Positions 28,099 to 37,172 of a stretch of DNA of 64,000 nucleotides are shown here, in pieces; the first letter of the stretch is position 1, and each line of letters opens with the position of its first letter. The stretch covers positions 352,798-416,797 of the forward strand of contig JAFATB010000025.1 of NCBI GenBank assembly GCA_019244185.1. The letters run 5' to 3'. The position numbers and the translations under genes are program-made. Source of the stretch: Acidobacteriota bacterium. GTDB taxonomy: Bacteria > Acidobacteriota > Thermoanaerobaculia > Gp7-AA8. The notes beneath the pieces are model-generated. The model made no database searches. It worked only from the letters and a program-made list of their open reading frames with translations, and had not been told where the DNA came from.

Positions 28099-28886
28099 TG
28101 CTTTTCACGTGTTGCACGGCACAGTCGCCCCATCCAACGCAGCCCGCTCCCACCTTGCGCGTCTGCTCCGACCCCAACAACCTTCCCTTCTCCAACCGCG
28201 CCGGCCAGGGCTTCGAAAACAAGATCGCGAACCTCATCGCGAACGACCTTCACGAGAAAGTCGAGTACACCTGGTGGGCGCAGCGGCGCGGGTTCCTGCG
28301 CAATACGCTGAAGGCGAAGCAGTGCGACGTCGTGATGGGGTTGCCGACCGGCGTCGACATGGCGGCCGTCACGCGGCCGTATTACCGCTCGACCTACGTC
28401 TTCGTCTCGCGCCGCGACCGGCACCTCGGCATCACGTCGTTCGACGATCCGAAGCTGAAGGCGCTCAAGATTGGGGTCCAGATCATCGGCGATGACGGAG
28501 CGAACGCGCCGCCCGCGCATGCGCTCGCCGCGCGCGGCATCGTCGACAACGTGCGCGGCTACACCGTCTACGGCGACTACCGCCAGCCGAATCCGCCCGC
28601 GCGGATCATCGACGCGGTCGCGCGCGGCGAAGTCGATCTCGCCGTCGTATGGGGTCCGCTGGCGGGCTACTTCGCCAAACGCGAGCCGGTGCCGCTCGAG
28701 CTCGTCCCCGTCTCGCCGGAGATCGATCTCCCGTTCCTGCCGTTCGTCTTCGACATCGGCCTCGCCACGCGCTACGACGACGCCGCGCTGCGCCAGAAGC
28801 TCGAGCTGATCCTCGAGCGGCGCAAGCCGGAGATCGACCGCATCCTCGCCGACTACGGCGTCCCGCGACTCGATACGGAGCTCTGA
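28002..28886 (+). CDS. xoxJ: XoxJ/MxaJ-like periplasmic substrate-binding protein
   Basis: LRVCSDPNNLPFSN...GFENKIA, PYYRSTYVFV, VWGPLAGYFA; lies directly after xoxF. Confidence 0.88.
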   Translation: MKNAERRTQNVERGPDARSVSTFFILRSAFFILLFTCCTAQSPHPTQPAPTLRVCSDPNNLPFSNRAGQGFENKIANLIANDLHEKVEYTWWAQRRGFLRNTLKAKQCDVVMGLPTGVDMAAVTRPYYRSTYVFVSRRDRHLGITSFDDPKLKALKIGVQIIGDDGANAPPAHALAARGIVDNVRGYTVYGDYRQPNPPARIIDAVARGEVDLAVVWGPLAGYFAKREPVPLELVPVSPEIDLPFLPFVFDIGLATRYDDAALRQKLELILERRKPEIDRILADYGVPRLDTEL

Positions 28887-28891
28887 ACACC

Positions 28892-29422
28892 ATGAGAAAC
28901 GCGCTCCTCCTCGCCTCGTGCCTCCTCGCCGCAGCAGCCTGCCGCCGCGAGCAGCGCGAGATCGTCCACTCCCCCGCCGCCTCGCATGCGTCCGGCGGCA
29001 TCGTGCGTCTCTCGGAACTGCAGCCCGGCCAGCCGACGCCCGAAGTCGAAGTGCGGAACGCGTCGGAAGAGAAGGCCTACGACATCAACGAAGGGAAGCG
29101 CCTCTTCGCCGCGTACAACTGCAGCGGATGTCACTCCCACGGCGGCGGCGGCATCGGTCCCGCGCTGATGGACAACTACTGGGTTTACGGCAGCCATCCG
29201 GAAAACATCCACGACACCATTGTCGAAGGGCGTCCCAACGGCATGCCGTCGTTCGGCGGAAAAATCCCCGACTACCAGATCTGGGAGATCGTCGCGTACG
29301 TGCGCTCGCTCTCCGGCCTCGTGAACCCCACCGTCGCCCCGTCGCGCGACGATCACATGCAGGTCAAGGTCGCCGAGCAGTCGAAGAAAGAAGAATCGAC
29401 GGAAGAGAAAAAGAAACCGTGA
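28892..29422 (+). CDS. xoxG: XoxG/cytochrome cL-like monoheme cytochrome c, lipoprotein
   Basis: GKRLFAAYNCSGCH..GGGGIGPALMD..WVYG; GRPNGMP; AAAC lipobox. Confidence 0.8.
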   Translation: MRNALLLASCLLAAAACRREQREIVHSPAASHASGGIVRLSELQPGQPTPEVEVRNASEEKAYDINEGKRLFAAYNCSGCHSHGGGGIGPALMDNYWVYGSHPENIHDTIVEGRPNGMPSFGGKIPDYQIWEIVAYVRSLSGLVNPTVAPSRDDHMQVKVAEQSKKEESTEEKKKP

Positions 29423-30381
29423 GGCTCCTCTTCGCCACGTTCCAGTCGCCGCTGCATCCCGCCGGGCCGTACGCCCGTGCGATCGAGAGGCTGTGGTGGG
29501 TCTTCTTCGCGATCACGGCCGTGATCTACGTGCTCATGCTGATCGGCTTCGCGCTCGCCGTGCGCAAAGGCGCGCGCCGCAAGCAGGCCGATCTCAGCGA
29601 CGAGGCCACGCGCAGCGGCGCGCGCTTCATCACCATCGCCCTCAGCGCGACGACGGTCATCCTCATCGGCCTGCTCTTCACCAGCATCGCCACGGGGCGT
29701 GACATCTCACCGGTCGACGACAAGGTCACGCGCGAGATCAAGATCACCGGGCATCAGTGGTGGTGGGAAGTGCAGTACGCCGAGGCGCGGCCGGACATGA
29801 TCGTCGAGACCGCGAACGAGCTGCATCTCCCGGTCGGCGAGCGCGTGAAGCTCATCCTCGACTCGGACGACGTCATCCACAGCCTCTGGATTCCGAACCT
29901 CCACGGCAAACGCGATCTCATCCCCGGCTACGACGGCGTGCTCACGCTCACCGCCGACAAGACCGGCACGTACCGCGCGCAATGCGCGGAGTTCTGCGGC
30001 CTGCAGCACGCGAAGATGGCCTTTCTCGTCATCGTCGAGCCGAAAGCGGACTTCGAGCGCTGGCTGACCGCGCAGCGGCTCCCCGCCCCGTTCCCGAAGA
30101 CCGCCGATCAGCAGCACGGCCAGCAGGTCTTCCTCACCTCGACCTGCGTGATGTGCCACGCCATCAAAGGCACGTCCGCGGGTGCGCGCACGGGACCCGA
30201 TCTCACGCACCTCGCCAGCCGCCGCACGCTCGGCGCCGGCATTCTGCCCAACACGCTCGGCAATCTGCACGGCTGGATCGCGAACGCGCAAACGATCAAG
30301 CCGGGCGTGCTGATGCCGCCGAATCCGCTCGAACCGAACGACCTGCACGCGCTGGTGGCGTATCTGGAGACGCTGCAATGA
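29419..30381 (+). CDS. coxB: Cytochrome c oxidase subunit II with C-terminal cytochrome c (caa3 type)
   Basis: GHQWWW, DVIHSLW, CuA motif CAEFCGLQHAKM, CVMCH. GTGA overlap with xoxG stop. Confidence 0.93.
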   Translation: MRLLFATFQSPLHPAGPYARAIERLWWVFFAITAVIYVLMLIGFALAVRKGARRKQADLSDEATRSGARFITIALSATTVILIGLLFTSIATGRDISPVDDKVTREIKITGHQWWWEVQYAEARPDMIVETANELHLPVGERVKLILDSDDVIHSLWIPNLHGKRDLIPGYDGVLTLTADKTGTYRAQCAEFCGLQHAKMAFLVIVEPKADFERWLTAQRLPAPFPKTADQQHGQQVFLTSTCVMCHAIKGTSAGARTGPDLTHLASRRTLGAGILPNTLGNLHGWIANAQTIKPGVLMPPNPLEPNDLHALVAYLETLQ

Positions 30382-32261
30382 ACGACCAGGAGCTCCATCT
30401 CCGACTCTCCGCGACGTGGCACAAGCCGACGGGGTTGTGGGGCTGGCTCACCGACAACCACCACACCACCATCGGCAAGCGCTTCATCATCACCGCCTTC
30501 GTCTTCTTCATCCTCGGCGGGATCGAAGCGCTGATCATGCGCACGCAGCTCGCGCTGCCCGAGAACCACGTCGTCAGCAACGATCTGTACAACCAGCTCT
30601 TCACCACGCACGGTTCGACGATGATGTTTCTCTTCGCCGTCCCCGTGATGGAAGGCCTCGGCCTCTACTTCGTGCCGCTGATGATCGGCACGCGGCAGAT
30701 GGCGTTCCCGCGTCTCAACCAGTTCGCGTACTTCAGCTATCTCATCGGCGGCGTGCTGCTCTACGTGGGACTCTTCGGCAACTTCGGTCCCGACGCCGGC
30801 TGGTTCGCGTACACGCCGCTCTCCGGCCCCGAGTTCTCACCCGGGAAACGCGTCGACGTCTGGGCGCAGATGATCACCTTCACGGAGATGGCAGCCCTCG
30901 GCGGCGCGGTGAGCATCATCGCCACCGTGTTCAAGCACCGCGCGCCCGGCATGTCGCTGAATCGCATGCCGCTCTTCGTGTGGGGGCAGCTCGTCACCTC
31001 GTTCATGATCATCTTCGCGATGCCGTCGGTGATGGTCGCCAGCGGCATGCTCGCCACCGACCGGCTCATCGCCACGCACTTCTTCAACAAGGCGGAAGGC
31101 GGCGACAACCTGCTGTGGCAGCACCTGTTCTGGTTCTTCGGGCATCCCGAGGTGTACATCATCTTCATTCCGGGCACGACGATGATGTCGACGCTCGTCT
31201 CCGCGTTCACGAAGCGCCCCAACTTCGGCTACCTCGGCATGGTGCTCTCGCTGATCGCGACCGGCTTCATCGGCTTCGGCGTGTGGGTGCATCACATGTT
31301 CGCGACGGGATTGCCGCAGCTCGGCCTCAGCTTCTTCACCGCGTCGAGCGTGCTGATCACGATTCCGACCGCGTTCCAGTTCTTCTCGTGGCTGACGACG
31401 TTGTGGCACGGCAAGATCCACTTCCACTCGCCGATCCTCTATTCGTTCAGCTTCATCGTCATCTTCCTCATCGGCGGACTCACCGGCGTCATGCTCGCGT
31501 CGGTGCCGCTCGACTGGCAGCTGCACGACACCTTCTTCGTCGTCGCGCACTTCCACTACGTCCTGATCGGCGGCGCGATCTTCCCGCTGCTCGGCGCGCT
31601 GACGTACTGGTTCCCGAAGCTCACCGGGCGTCTGATGAACGAGAAGCTGAGCGTCGTCACCGTCTCGCTGCTGTTCGTCGGCTTCAACGTCACGTTCTTC
31701 CCGATGCACCAGCTCGGCCTCATGGGCATGCCGCGCCGCGTATACACGTATCTCCCGAACCTCGGCTGGACGAACCTCAATCTGCTCGCGACGGTGGGCG
31801 CATACATCTTCGGCCTCGGCAGCCTGCTGTTCGTGCTCAACGCGCTGATCTCCGCGCGCATCGGCGTCATCGCCGGTGACGACCCGTGGGGCGGCGCGGA
31901 CCTCGAGTGGGCCACGGCGTCGCCGCCGCCCGCGTACAACTTCCTCTACGTCCCGACCGTTCGAGACCGGTATCCGCTCTGGAGCATGGAGCCCGATCAG
32001 CCGCTCGTCACCGGACTGGCGACGGACCGGCGCGAGATCCTCGTCACGAAGCTGATGGACGCCGAGCCCGATCATCTCTACGAGACGCCCGACCCGTCGA
32101 TCTCGCCGACGCTCGTCGCGTTGGGCGCGGGTATCGGCATCATTGCGGCGATCTTCAACCCTTGGGGCGTGCCGATCGGCTTCGTCCTCGCGGGACTCGG
32201 CCTGCTCGGCTGGTTTTGGCCAAAGCCGCCGCACAAGGAACTGCTGGAGCCGCAGCCGTGA
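30378..32261 (+). CDS. coxA: Cytochrome c oxidase subunit I (A-family like, atypical proton channels)
   Basis: FTTHG, WFFGHPEVY, VWVHHM, LHDTFFVVAHFHYV, GMPRR. ATGA overlap with coxB. Confidence 0.95.
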   Translation: MNDQELHLRLSATWHKPTGLWGWLTDNHHTTIGKRFIITAFVFFILGGIEALIMRTQLALPENHVVSNDLYNQLFTTHGSTMMFLFAVPVMEGLGLYFVPLMIGTRQMAFPRLNQFAYFSYLIGGVLLYVGLFGNFGPDAGWFAYTPLSGPEFSPGKRVDVWAQMITFTEMAALGGAVSIIATVFKHRAPGMSLNRMPLFVWGQLVTSFMIIFAMPSVMVASGMLATDRLIATHFFNKAEGGDNLLWQHLFWFFGHPEVYIIFIPGTTMMSTLVSAFTKRPNFGYLGMVLSLIATGFIGFGVWVHHMFATGLPQLGLSFFTASSVLITIPTAFQFFSWLTTLWHGKIHFHSPILYSFSFIVIFLIGGLTGVMLASVPLDWQLHDTFFVVAHFHYVLIGGAIFPLLGALTYWFPKLTGRLMNEKLSVVTVSLLFVGFNVTFFPMHQLGLMGMPRRVYTYLPNLGWTNLNLLATVGAYIFGLGSLLFVLNALISARIGVIAGDDPWGGADLEWATASPPPAYNFLYVPTVRDRYPLWSMEPDQPLVTGLATDRREILVTKLMDAEPDHLYETPDPSISPTLVALGAGIGIIAAIFNPWGVPIGFVLAGLGLLGWFWPKPPHKELLEPQP

Positions 32262-32920
32262 CGCTGACACCGCCGGCCGCTGATACGACTCCCGCGCCGA
32301 TCGGACGGCGTCTCGTCGACGTGTCGTCGCTGCCGAAGTTCGCGTTCGGCCATCGCGACCCGCTGTGGTGGGGCGTCTGGCTGCTGATCTGTATCGAAGG
32401 AACGATGTTCGTGATGCTCGCGGCGTCGTACGTTTATCTGCGCGGCAACTCCTCGCAGTGGCCACCCGCGGGCGCCGCGAACGCGCCGCTCGCCGTCACC
32501 GCGTCGACCGTCGCGCTGCTGCTCATCAGCATCATCCCCACCGCGATTGCGTTCCGCGCCGCGCTCGATGGACGGCTGCGCGTGATCCAGCTCAACATGG
32601 TGCTCGTCACATTGATCAGCATCGCCGCGGCCGGGACGCGGTGGCTCGAGCTGACGAGCATCGGCTACAACTGGAACAGCCACGCCTACGGCTCCGTCGT
32701 CTGGGGCTTCTACTTCATGCACACGTTCCATCTCGTCTCGGGGGTGTTCGAGAACCTCGTCTTCACGGCGCTGCTCTTCATCGGCCCGGTCGAGAAGAAG
32801 CACATGGTGGACATGCGGCTGTCGGCGATCTACTGGCTGTTCGTCGTCGTGGCGTGGACGCTGCTGTGGGGACTCTTCACCTTCGATTCGCTGCTGTTCC
32901 GCAACTCGATCATCAGCTGA
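32258..32920 (+). CDS. coxC: Cytochrome c oxidase subunit III-like protein
   Basis: WGVWLLICIEGTMF, AYGSVVW..MHTFH, IYWLFVVVAW; about 5 TM; GTGA overlap. Confidence 0.82.
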   Translation: MTLTPPAADTTPAPIGRRLVDVSSLPKFAFGHRDPLWWGVWLLICIEGTMFVMLAASYVYLRGNSSQWPPAGAANAPLAVTASTVALLLISIIPTAIAFRAALDGRLRVIQLNMVLVTLISIAAAGTRWLELTSIGYNWNSHAYGSVVWGFYFMHTFHLVSGVFENLVFTALLFIGPVEKKHMVDMRLSAIYWLFVVVAWTLLWGLFTFDSLLFRNSIIS

Positions 32921-32921
32921 C

Positions 32922-33326
32922 ATGAGCATCCGCGAAGACACGAAGACCGACATCGTCCCCGACCGCGGGAGCGTCCGCCTCTGGACCGTGACGCTCATCC
33001 CGCCGCTGCTGTGGGGACTGCATCTGCAGATCTGCTACTCGCTGCATGAAAGCGTCTGCGAGGCGCAGTCGCCGCTGAAGGGCTACCTCGTCTCCGCGCT
33101 CGCGCTGGTCATCATCGTCATCGACGCGGTCGTCGCCTGGCGGCTCTGGCAGTCGTGGCCGCCGCCGGATGCGGGCGGCGCGGCCGGCTGGTCGGAAGAG
33201 AAAGAGCCGCGCTGGCGCAGCCGCGCGCGCTTCATGGCCGCGGGCGCGTTCGTCGCCGCCTGCTACTTCGGTCTCGTGATCCTGGGACAGACCGTCCCGC
33301 TCGTGATGCTGCGGCCATGCGACTGA
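32922..33326 (+). CDS. Small 3-TM membrane protein in the cox operon
   Basis: Three hydrophobic helices; starts immediately after coxC stop and overlaps ctaG. Confidence 0.7.
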   Translation: MSIREDTKTDIVPDRGSVRLWTVTLIPPLLWGLHLQICYSLHESVCEAQSPLKGYLVSALALVIIVIDAVVAWRLWQSWPPPDAGGAAGWSEEKEPRWRSRARFMAAGAFVAACYFGLVILGQTVPLVMLRPCD

Positions 33327-34465
33327 TCTGGAACCTCCTCGTCGTCCTCTGCATGACCGCGTCGCTCGGTCTCTACTTCCGCGGACTCGCGCGGCTGCGC
33401 GCACGAAGCGACCGAGGCATTCGCTGGTGGGAAGCGAGCGCGTTCGCGCTGGGGTGGTTCACCATCGGCATCGCGCTCCTCTCCCCCATCGCGCGCATCT
33501 CCGACGTCCTTTTCTCCGTGCACATGACGCAGCACGAGCTGCTGATGCTCGTCGCCGCGCCGCTCATCGTCGCGGGCCGGCCGATGATCGCGGGAGTGTG
33601 GGGGCTCGGCGAAGACGCGCGCGCGCGCTTCCTCGCCGTCTCGCGCGCGCCCGCGTTCCTCCGCGCGTGGCACGCCATGACCGGCCCGTTCACCGTGCTC
33701 ATCGTGCACGCGGTGGTGCTGTGGGCGTGGCACATCCCGCGCGCGTTCGAGTGGGCGCTGCACAACCCCTCCGTGCACGCGATGCAGCACCTCATGTTCT
33801 TCATCACGGCCGCGCTGTTCTGGTGGGCGCTCATTCACGGGCGCTACGGGCGCGTCGGCTACGGCGTCGCGGTCTTCTTCGTCTTTGCCACCGCGATGCA
33901 CACCAGCCTTCTCGGCGTGCTGCTCACGTTCGCGCGGCACGTCTGGTATCCGACCTACGCCGCGCACACGCCGCATGCGCTCGAAGACCAGCAGCTCGCG
34001 GGCCTCATCATGTGGATTCCCGCAGGCGTGATCTTCATGCTCATCGGTCTCGCGCTCTTCGCCGCGTGGCTCGGGGAGTCGGAGCGACGCGCGCGCATCG
34101 TGACGATGCTCGTCCTCGCCTTCGTGCTCGCGCGCTGCTCCGATTATCCGAGCGAGCGCGTCGCCTCGGCCGAACACCTCACCGGCGGCAATGTCGATCG
34201 CGGCAAACAGGAGATCCGGCAGTACGGCTGTGCGTCGTGCCACACCATTCCCGGCATTCCCGGTGCGGACGCCACCGTCGGTCCTCCGCTCGACAAGCTC
34301 TCCGCGCGCGGCTACCTCGGCGGACGTCTCGCGAACAATCCCGCGAACCTGCTGCTCTGGATCCGCGCGCCGCAGTCGGTCGATCCGAAGAGCGCGATGC
34401 CGAACGTCGGCGTCACCGACCGCGACGCGCGCGACATCGCCGCGTATCTGTACTCGCTGAAGTAA
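33317..34465 (+). CDS. ctaG: Caa3-type CtaG assembly factor fused to C-terminal cytochrome c
   Basis: FSVHMTQHELLMLVAAPL, WAWHIP, HAMQH, EDQQLAGLIMWIP, then YGCASCH...MP. Confidence 0.85.
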   Translation: MRLIWNLLVVLCMTASLGLYFRGLARLRARSDRGIRWWEASAFALGWFTIGIALLSPIARISDVLFSVHMTQHELLMLVAAPLIVAGRPMIAGVWGLGEDARARFLAVSRAPAFLRAWHAMTGPFTVLIVHAVVLWAWHIPRAFEWALHNPSVHAMQHLMFFITAALFWWALIHGRYGRVGYGVAVFFVFATAMHTSLLGVLLTFARHVWYPTYAAHTPHALEDQQLAGLIMWIPAGVIFMLIGLALFAAWLGESERRARIVTMLVLAFVLARCSDYPSERVASAEHLTGGNVDRGKQEIRQYGCASCHTIPGIPGADATVGPPLDKLSARGYLGGRLANNPANLLLWIRAPQSVDPKSAMPNVGVTDRDARDIAAYLYSLK

Positions 34466-34476
34466 AGTCGCCGCCG

Positions 34477-34881
34477 ATGAAACGCCTCGCCTGGGTTCTC
34501 TTCGTCGCGTCGCTCGCCTGCGCCAAATCCGAAACGCCGCAATCCGCCACCGCCCAACCGACGACCGCGCAGGCCGCGCCGCCGCCCGCGACGTCTGCCG
34601 CGAATCCCGCGCACGGCCAGCAGCTCATCGTGCAGTACGGCTGCACGGCCTGTCATGCGATCCCCGGCATCGAAGGCGCGCAGGGCTCGCTGGCGCCCGC
34701 GCTCGCGCACGTCGCCGCGCGTCCGACGATCAGCAACAACAAGGTGCAGAACACGCCCGAGAACCTGCAGCGCTTCATCCAGAACCCGCCGTCGATGAAT
34801 CCAGGGAGCGGCATGCCGCCGCTGGCGATTCCCGACGCCGACGCGCACGACATCGTCGCGTACCTCGAGACGCTGCGATGA
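34477..34881 (+). CDS. Monoheme cytochrome c lipoprotein
   Basis: SLAC lipobox, Ala/Pro/Thr linker, YGCTACH...GMP. Confidence 0.85.
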   Translation: MKRLAWVLFVASLACAKSETPQSATAQPTTAQAAPPPATSAANPAHGQQLIVQYGCTACHAIPGIEGAQGSLAPALAHVAARPTISNNKVQNTPENLQRFIQNPPSMNPGSGMPPLAIPDADAHDIVAYLETLR

Positions 34882-35849
34882 ACGCGCGCGCCGCCGCCGC
34901 GCTCGCGATGGCGCTCGTCGTTGCGCTGCCCGCGCTCGCGGAACGCATCTACGTCTCGAACGAGCGCGCCGGCACGATCCAGGCGATCGACACGGCGACC
35001 GACCGCATCGTCGCCACGGCGAAGATCGGCGATCGTCCGCGCGGCATCGTGCTGTCGCCCGACGGCAAACGGCTCTACGTCGCGCGCAGCTGGTGGAAAG
35101 GAAAGCACGCCGGCAGCGAGGCCATCGTCGCGATCGATGCAGCCACATTGAAGATCGTGCGGACCTATCCGGCGGGCACCGATCCCGAGGGAGTCGCGCT
35201 GTCGCCGGACGGCAAGCGGCTGTACATGTCGAATGAAGACGCGGCGACGGCGACGATCGTCGACACGTCGACAGCGAAAGAGCTCGAGACGCTGGTCGTC
35301 GGCACGGAACCGGAGGGAGTCGCGGCGAGTCCGGATGGCAAGTGGGTGTACGTGACGGCGGAGACGAGCAACGTCCTCACGGTCATCGACGCGAAGCAGA
35401 AGAAAGTCGTGGCGAACATCCTCGTCGATCCGCGGCCGCGCTACACCGTCTTCACGCGCGACGCGACGCGCGCGTGGGCGAGCGCGGAGATTGGCGGCAG
35501 CGTCTCGCTCATCGACGCGCAGCGCCATCGCGTGCTCGCGCGCGTGAAGCTCGGCAAGACCGACCGCCCCGTCGGGCTCGTGCTCTCGCCCGACGAGAAG
35601 CGGCTCTACATCGGCACCGGCCGCGGCAACAGCGTGCTCGTCCTCGACACGACCACGCGCCGCGTCATCGCCACGATCCCCGCGGGCCAGCGCGTTTGGG
35701 GACTGGCGCGCACGCGCGACGGCAAAAAGCTCTACGCGGCCGGCAGCCTCTCCAACACGATCACCGTCATCGACACCGTCACGCTGCGCCCGATCGCCAC
35801 GATCAAGACGGGCGACGGACCGTGGGGACTCGCCGCGCTGCATCGCTGA
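34878..35849 (+). CDS. YVTN-type beta-propeller (PQQ-catabolism-associated type)
   Basis: Repeated PxG(I/V)xxSPDGKxxYV blades; signal peptide; ATGA overlap. Confidence 0.85.
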   Translation: MNARAAAALAMALVVALPALAERIYVSNERAGTIQAIDTATDRIVATAKIGDRPRGIVLSPDGKRLYVARSWWKGKHAGSEAIVAIDAATLKIVRTYPAGTDPEGVALSPDGKRLYMSNEDAATATIVDTSTAKELETLVVGTEPEGVAASPDGKWVYVTAETSNVLTVIDAKQKKVVANILVDPRPRYTVFTRDATRAWASAEIGGSVSLIDAQRHRVLARVKLGKTDRPVGLVLSPDEKRLYIGTGRGNSVLVLDTTTRRVIATIPAGQRVWGLARTRDGKKLYAAGSLSNTITVIDTVTLRPIATIKTGDGPWGLAALHR

Positions 35850-35888
35850 CCGCGAGCCCGGCACAAACATCGCAAACCGCAGAGCCGG

Positions 35889-37163
35889 GTGGCGTTCTAC
35901 ATTCGTAAAACGCTTGCGCTGGGGCCGATCCGATTCGGCGTCGCTCCCCGCAAGCCGCTCGAGTCGATCGATTCCGACGCCGCGCTCTCGACGGGCGCGA
36001 AGGGAGAATTCCTCCGCCGCCAGACGCGCGCGTTCTTCTTCGCCGACAACCGCAGCACGCCGGGCGCGACGCTCCCCGTCACGCGCGGCATTTCCGGAAC
36101 GCCGTTCTGGAAATCCGTGTTCGACGGCACGACGCGCGGCTGGATCTTTCTCGCCTCCACGATTCTCGGCGTGATCCTGCTTCTCCTCGGCGTCGCCGTC
36201 ATCGCGCGCAAGGGCCCGCAAGGCTGGGTCGAAGTGATCCTCGGCCTCGCCGCGATCGTCACGCCGCTGGTCATGACCGCGCAGACGCGCCGCAAGATCC
36301 GCGAGCAGGAAGAGCGCGACCGCGCCGCGCGCGAGGAAGAAGAACGCCGCAACCGCGAGATGCTCGCCGCCTACACGACCGCGCTCGACAACCTTCGCGC
36401 TTCTCCGAACGACGTCGCCCTCGGCGCCGCCGCGCGCGAGCGCGAGGCGCTAACGCTGCCGTACGAGATCTGGAGCGGCCTCGCGCGCCGCACCGTCGTC
36501 GCCATCGCTTTCGACGCGCTCCACCGCCTCGGCAGCGAAAAGGCATCCGAGGTGAACGACCTCGTCACGCGCGCCTCGCGTGCGGTGGGCCTCTCGCCTG
36601 CGGACGAGCTGGGCGTGAAGGTCGATCTCTATCGCACCGCCGCGTGGCATCTGCTCGCCGACGATCGCGCCGCGAGCGCGCAGGAAGCGTCGCTGCGCCA
36701 GCTGCGCGAAGGACTCGAGCTCGGCGAGAACGACGTGCCGCTCGAACTGAGCGCCGTCGACGAGTTCGCGCGCCTGCGCGGCTACTCGCGCGATCACGCG
36801 CCGAAGACCGACTGTCCCTTCCCGCTCGGCTTCCACGAGTACTGCCTGCACGTCGCGAAAGGCTCGATCCTCAAGCGCACCAAAGCGCGCGTCGACAAGA
36901 AGCGCATCGAGAAGCTCGTCCCCGACGAGCCGTGCACGCTCATCGTCACGAACCGCCGCCTGATCCTCGACGCGAAGAAGCGCACCGAGATCCTGCTGCC
37001 GAAGATCGACGACGTGGAGCTCGACGCGGATGAAAACGTGCTCGCCATCCGCGCCGCGAAAGGCATCAAGCCGCTCGATCTGCAGCTCGACGATCCGATC
37101 TACACCGGCACCGTGATCGACATCGCCACGAGTCTCAACGAGCGGCCGCGCGGCTTCGCCTGA
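35889..37163 (+). CDS. Hypothetical membrane protein with DUF4236-like N-terminus and PH-like C-terminus
   Basis: MAFYIRKTLALGPIRF start; two TM helices; coiled coil; LIVTNRRLIL. Confidence 0.6.
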   Translation: MAFYIRKTLALGPIRFGVAPRKPLESIDSDAALSTGAKGEFLRRQTRAFFFADNRSTPGATLPVTRGISGTPFWKSVFDGTTRGWIFLASTILGVILLLLGVAVIARKGPQGWVEVILGLAAIVTPLVMTAQTRRKIREQEERDRAAREEEERRNREMLAAYTTALDNLRASPNDVALGAAAREREALTLPYEIWSGLARRTVVAIAFDALHRLGSEKASEVNDLVTRASRAVGLSPADELGVKVDLYRTAAWHLLADDRAASAQEASLRQLREGLELGENDVPLELSAVDEFARLRGYSRDHAPKTDCPFPLGFHEYCLHVAKGSILKRTKARVDKKRIEKLVPDEPCTLIVTNRRLILDAKKRTEILLPKIDDVELDADENVLAIRAAKGIKPLDLQLDDPIYTGTVIDIATSLNERPRGFA

Positions 37164-37172
37164 CGTCGCGCA

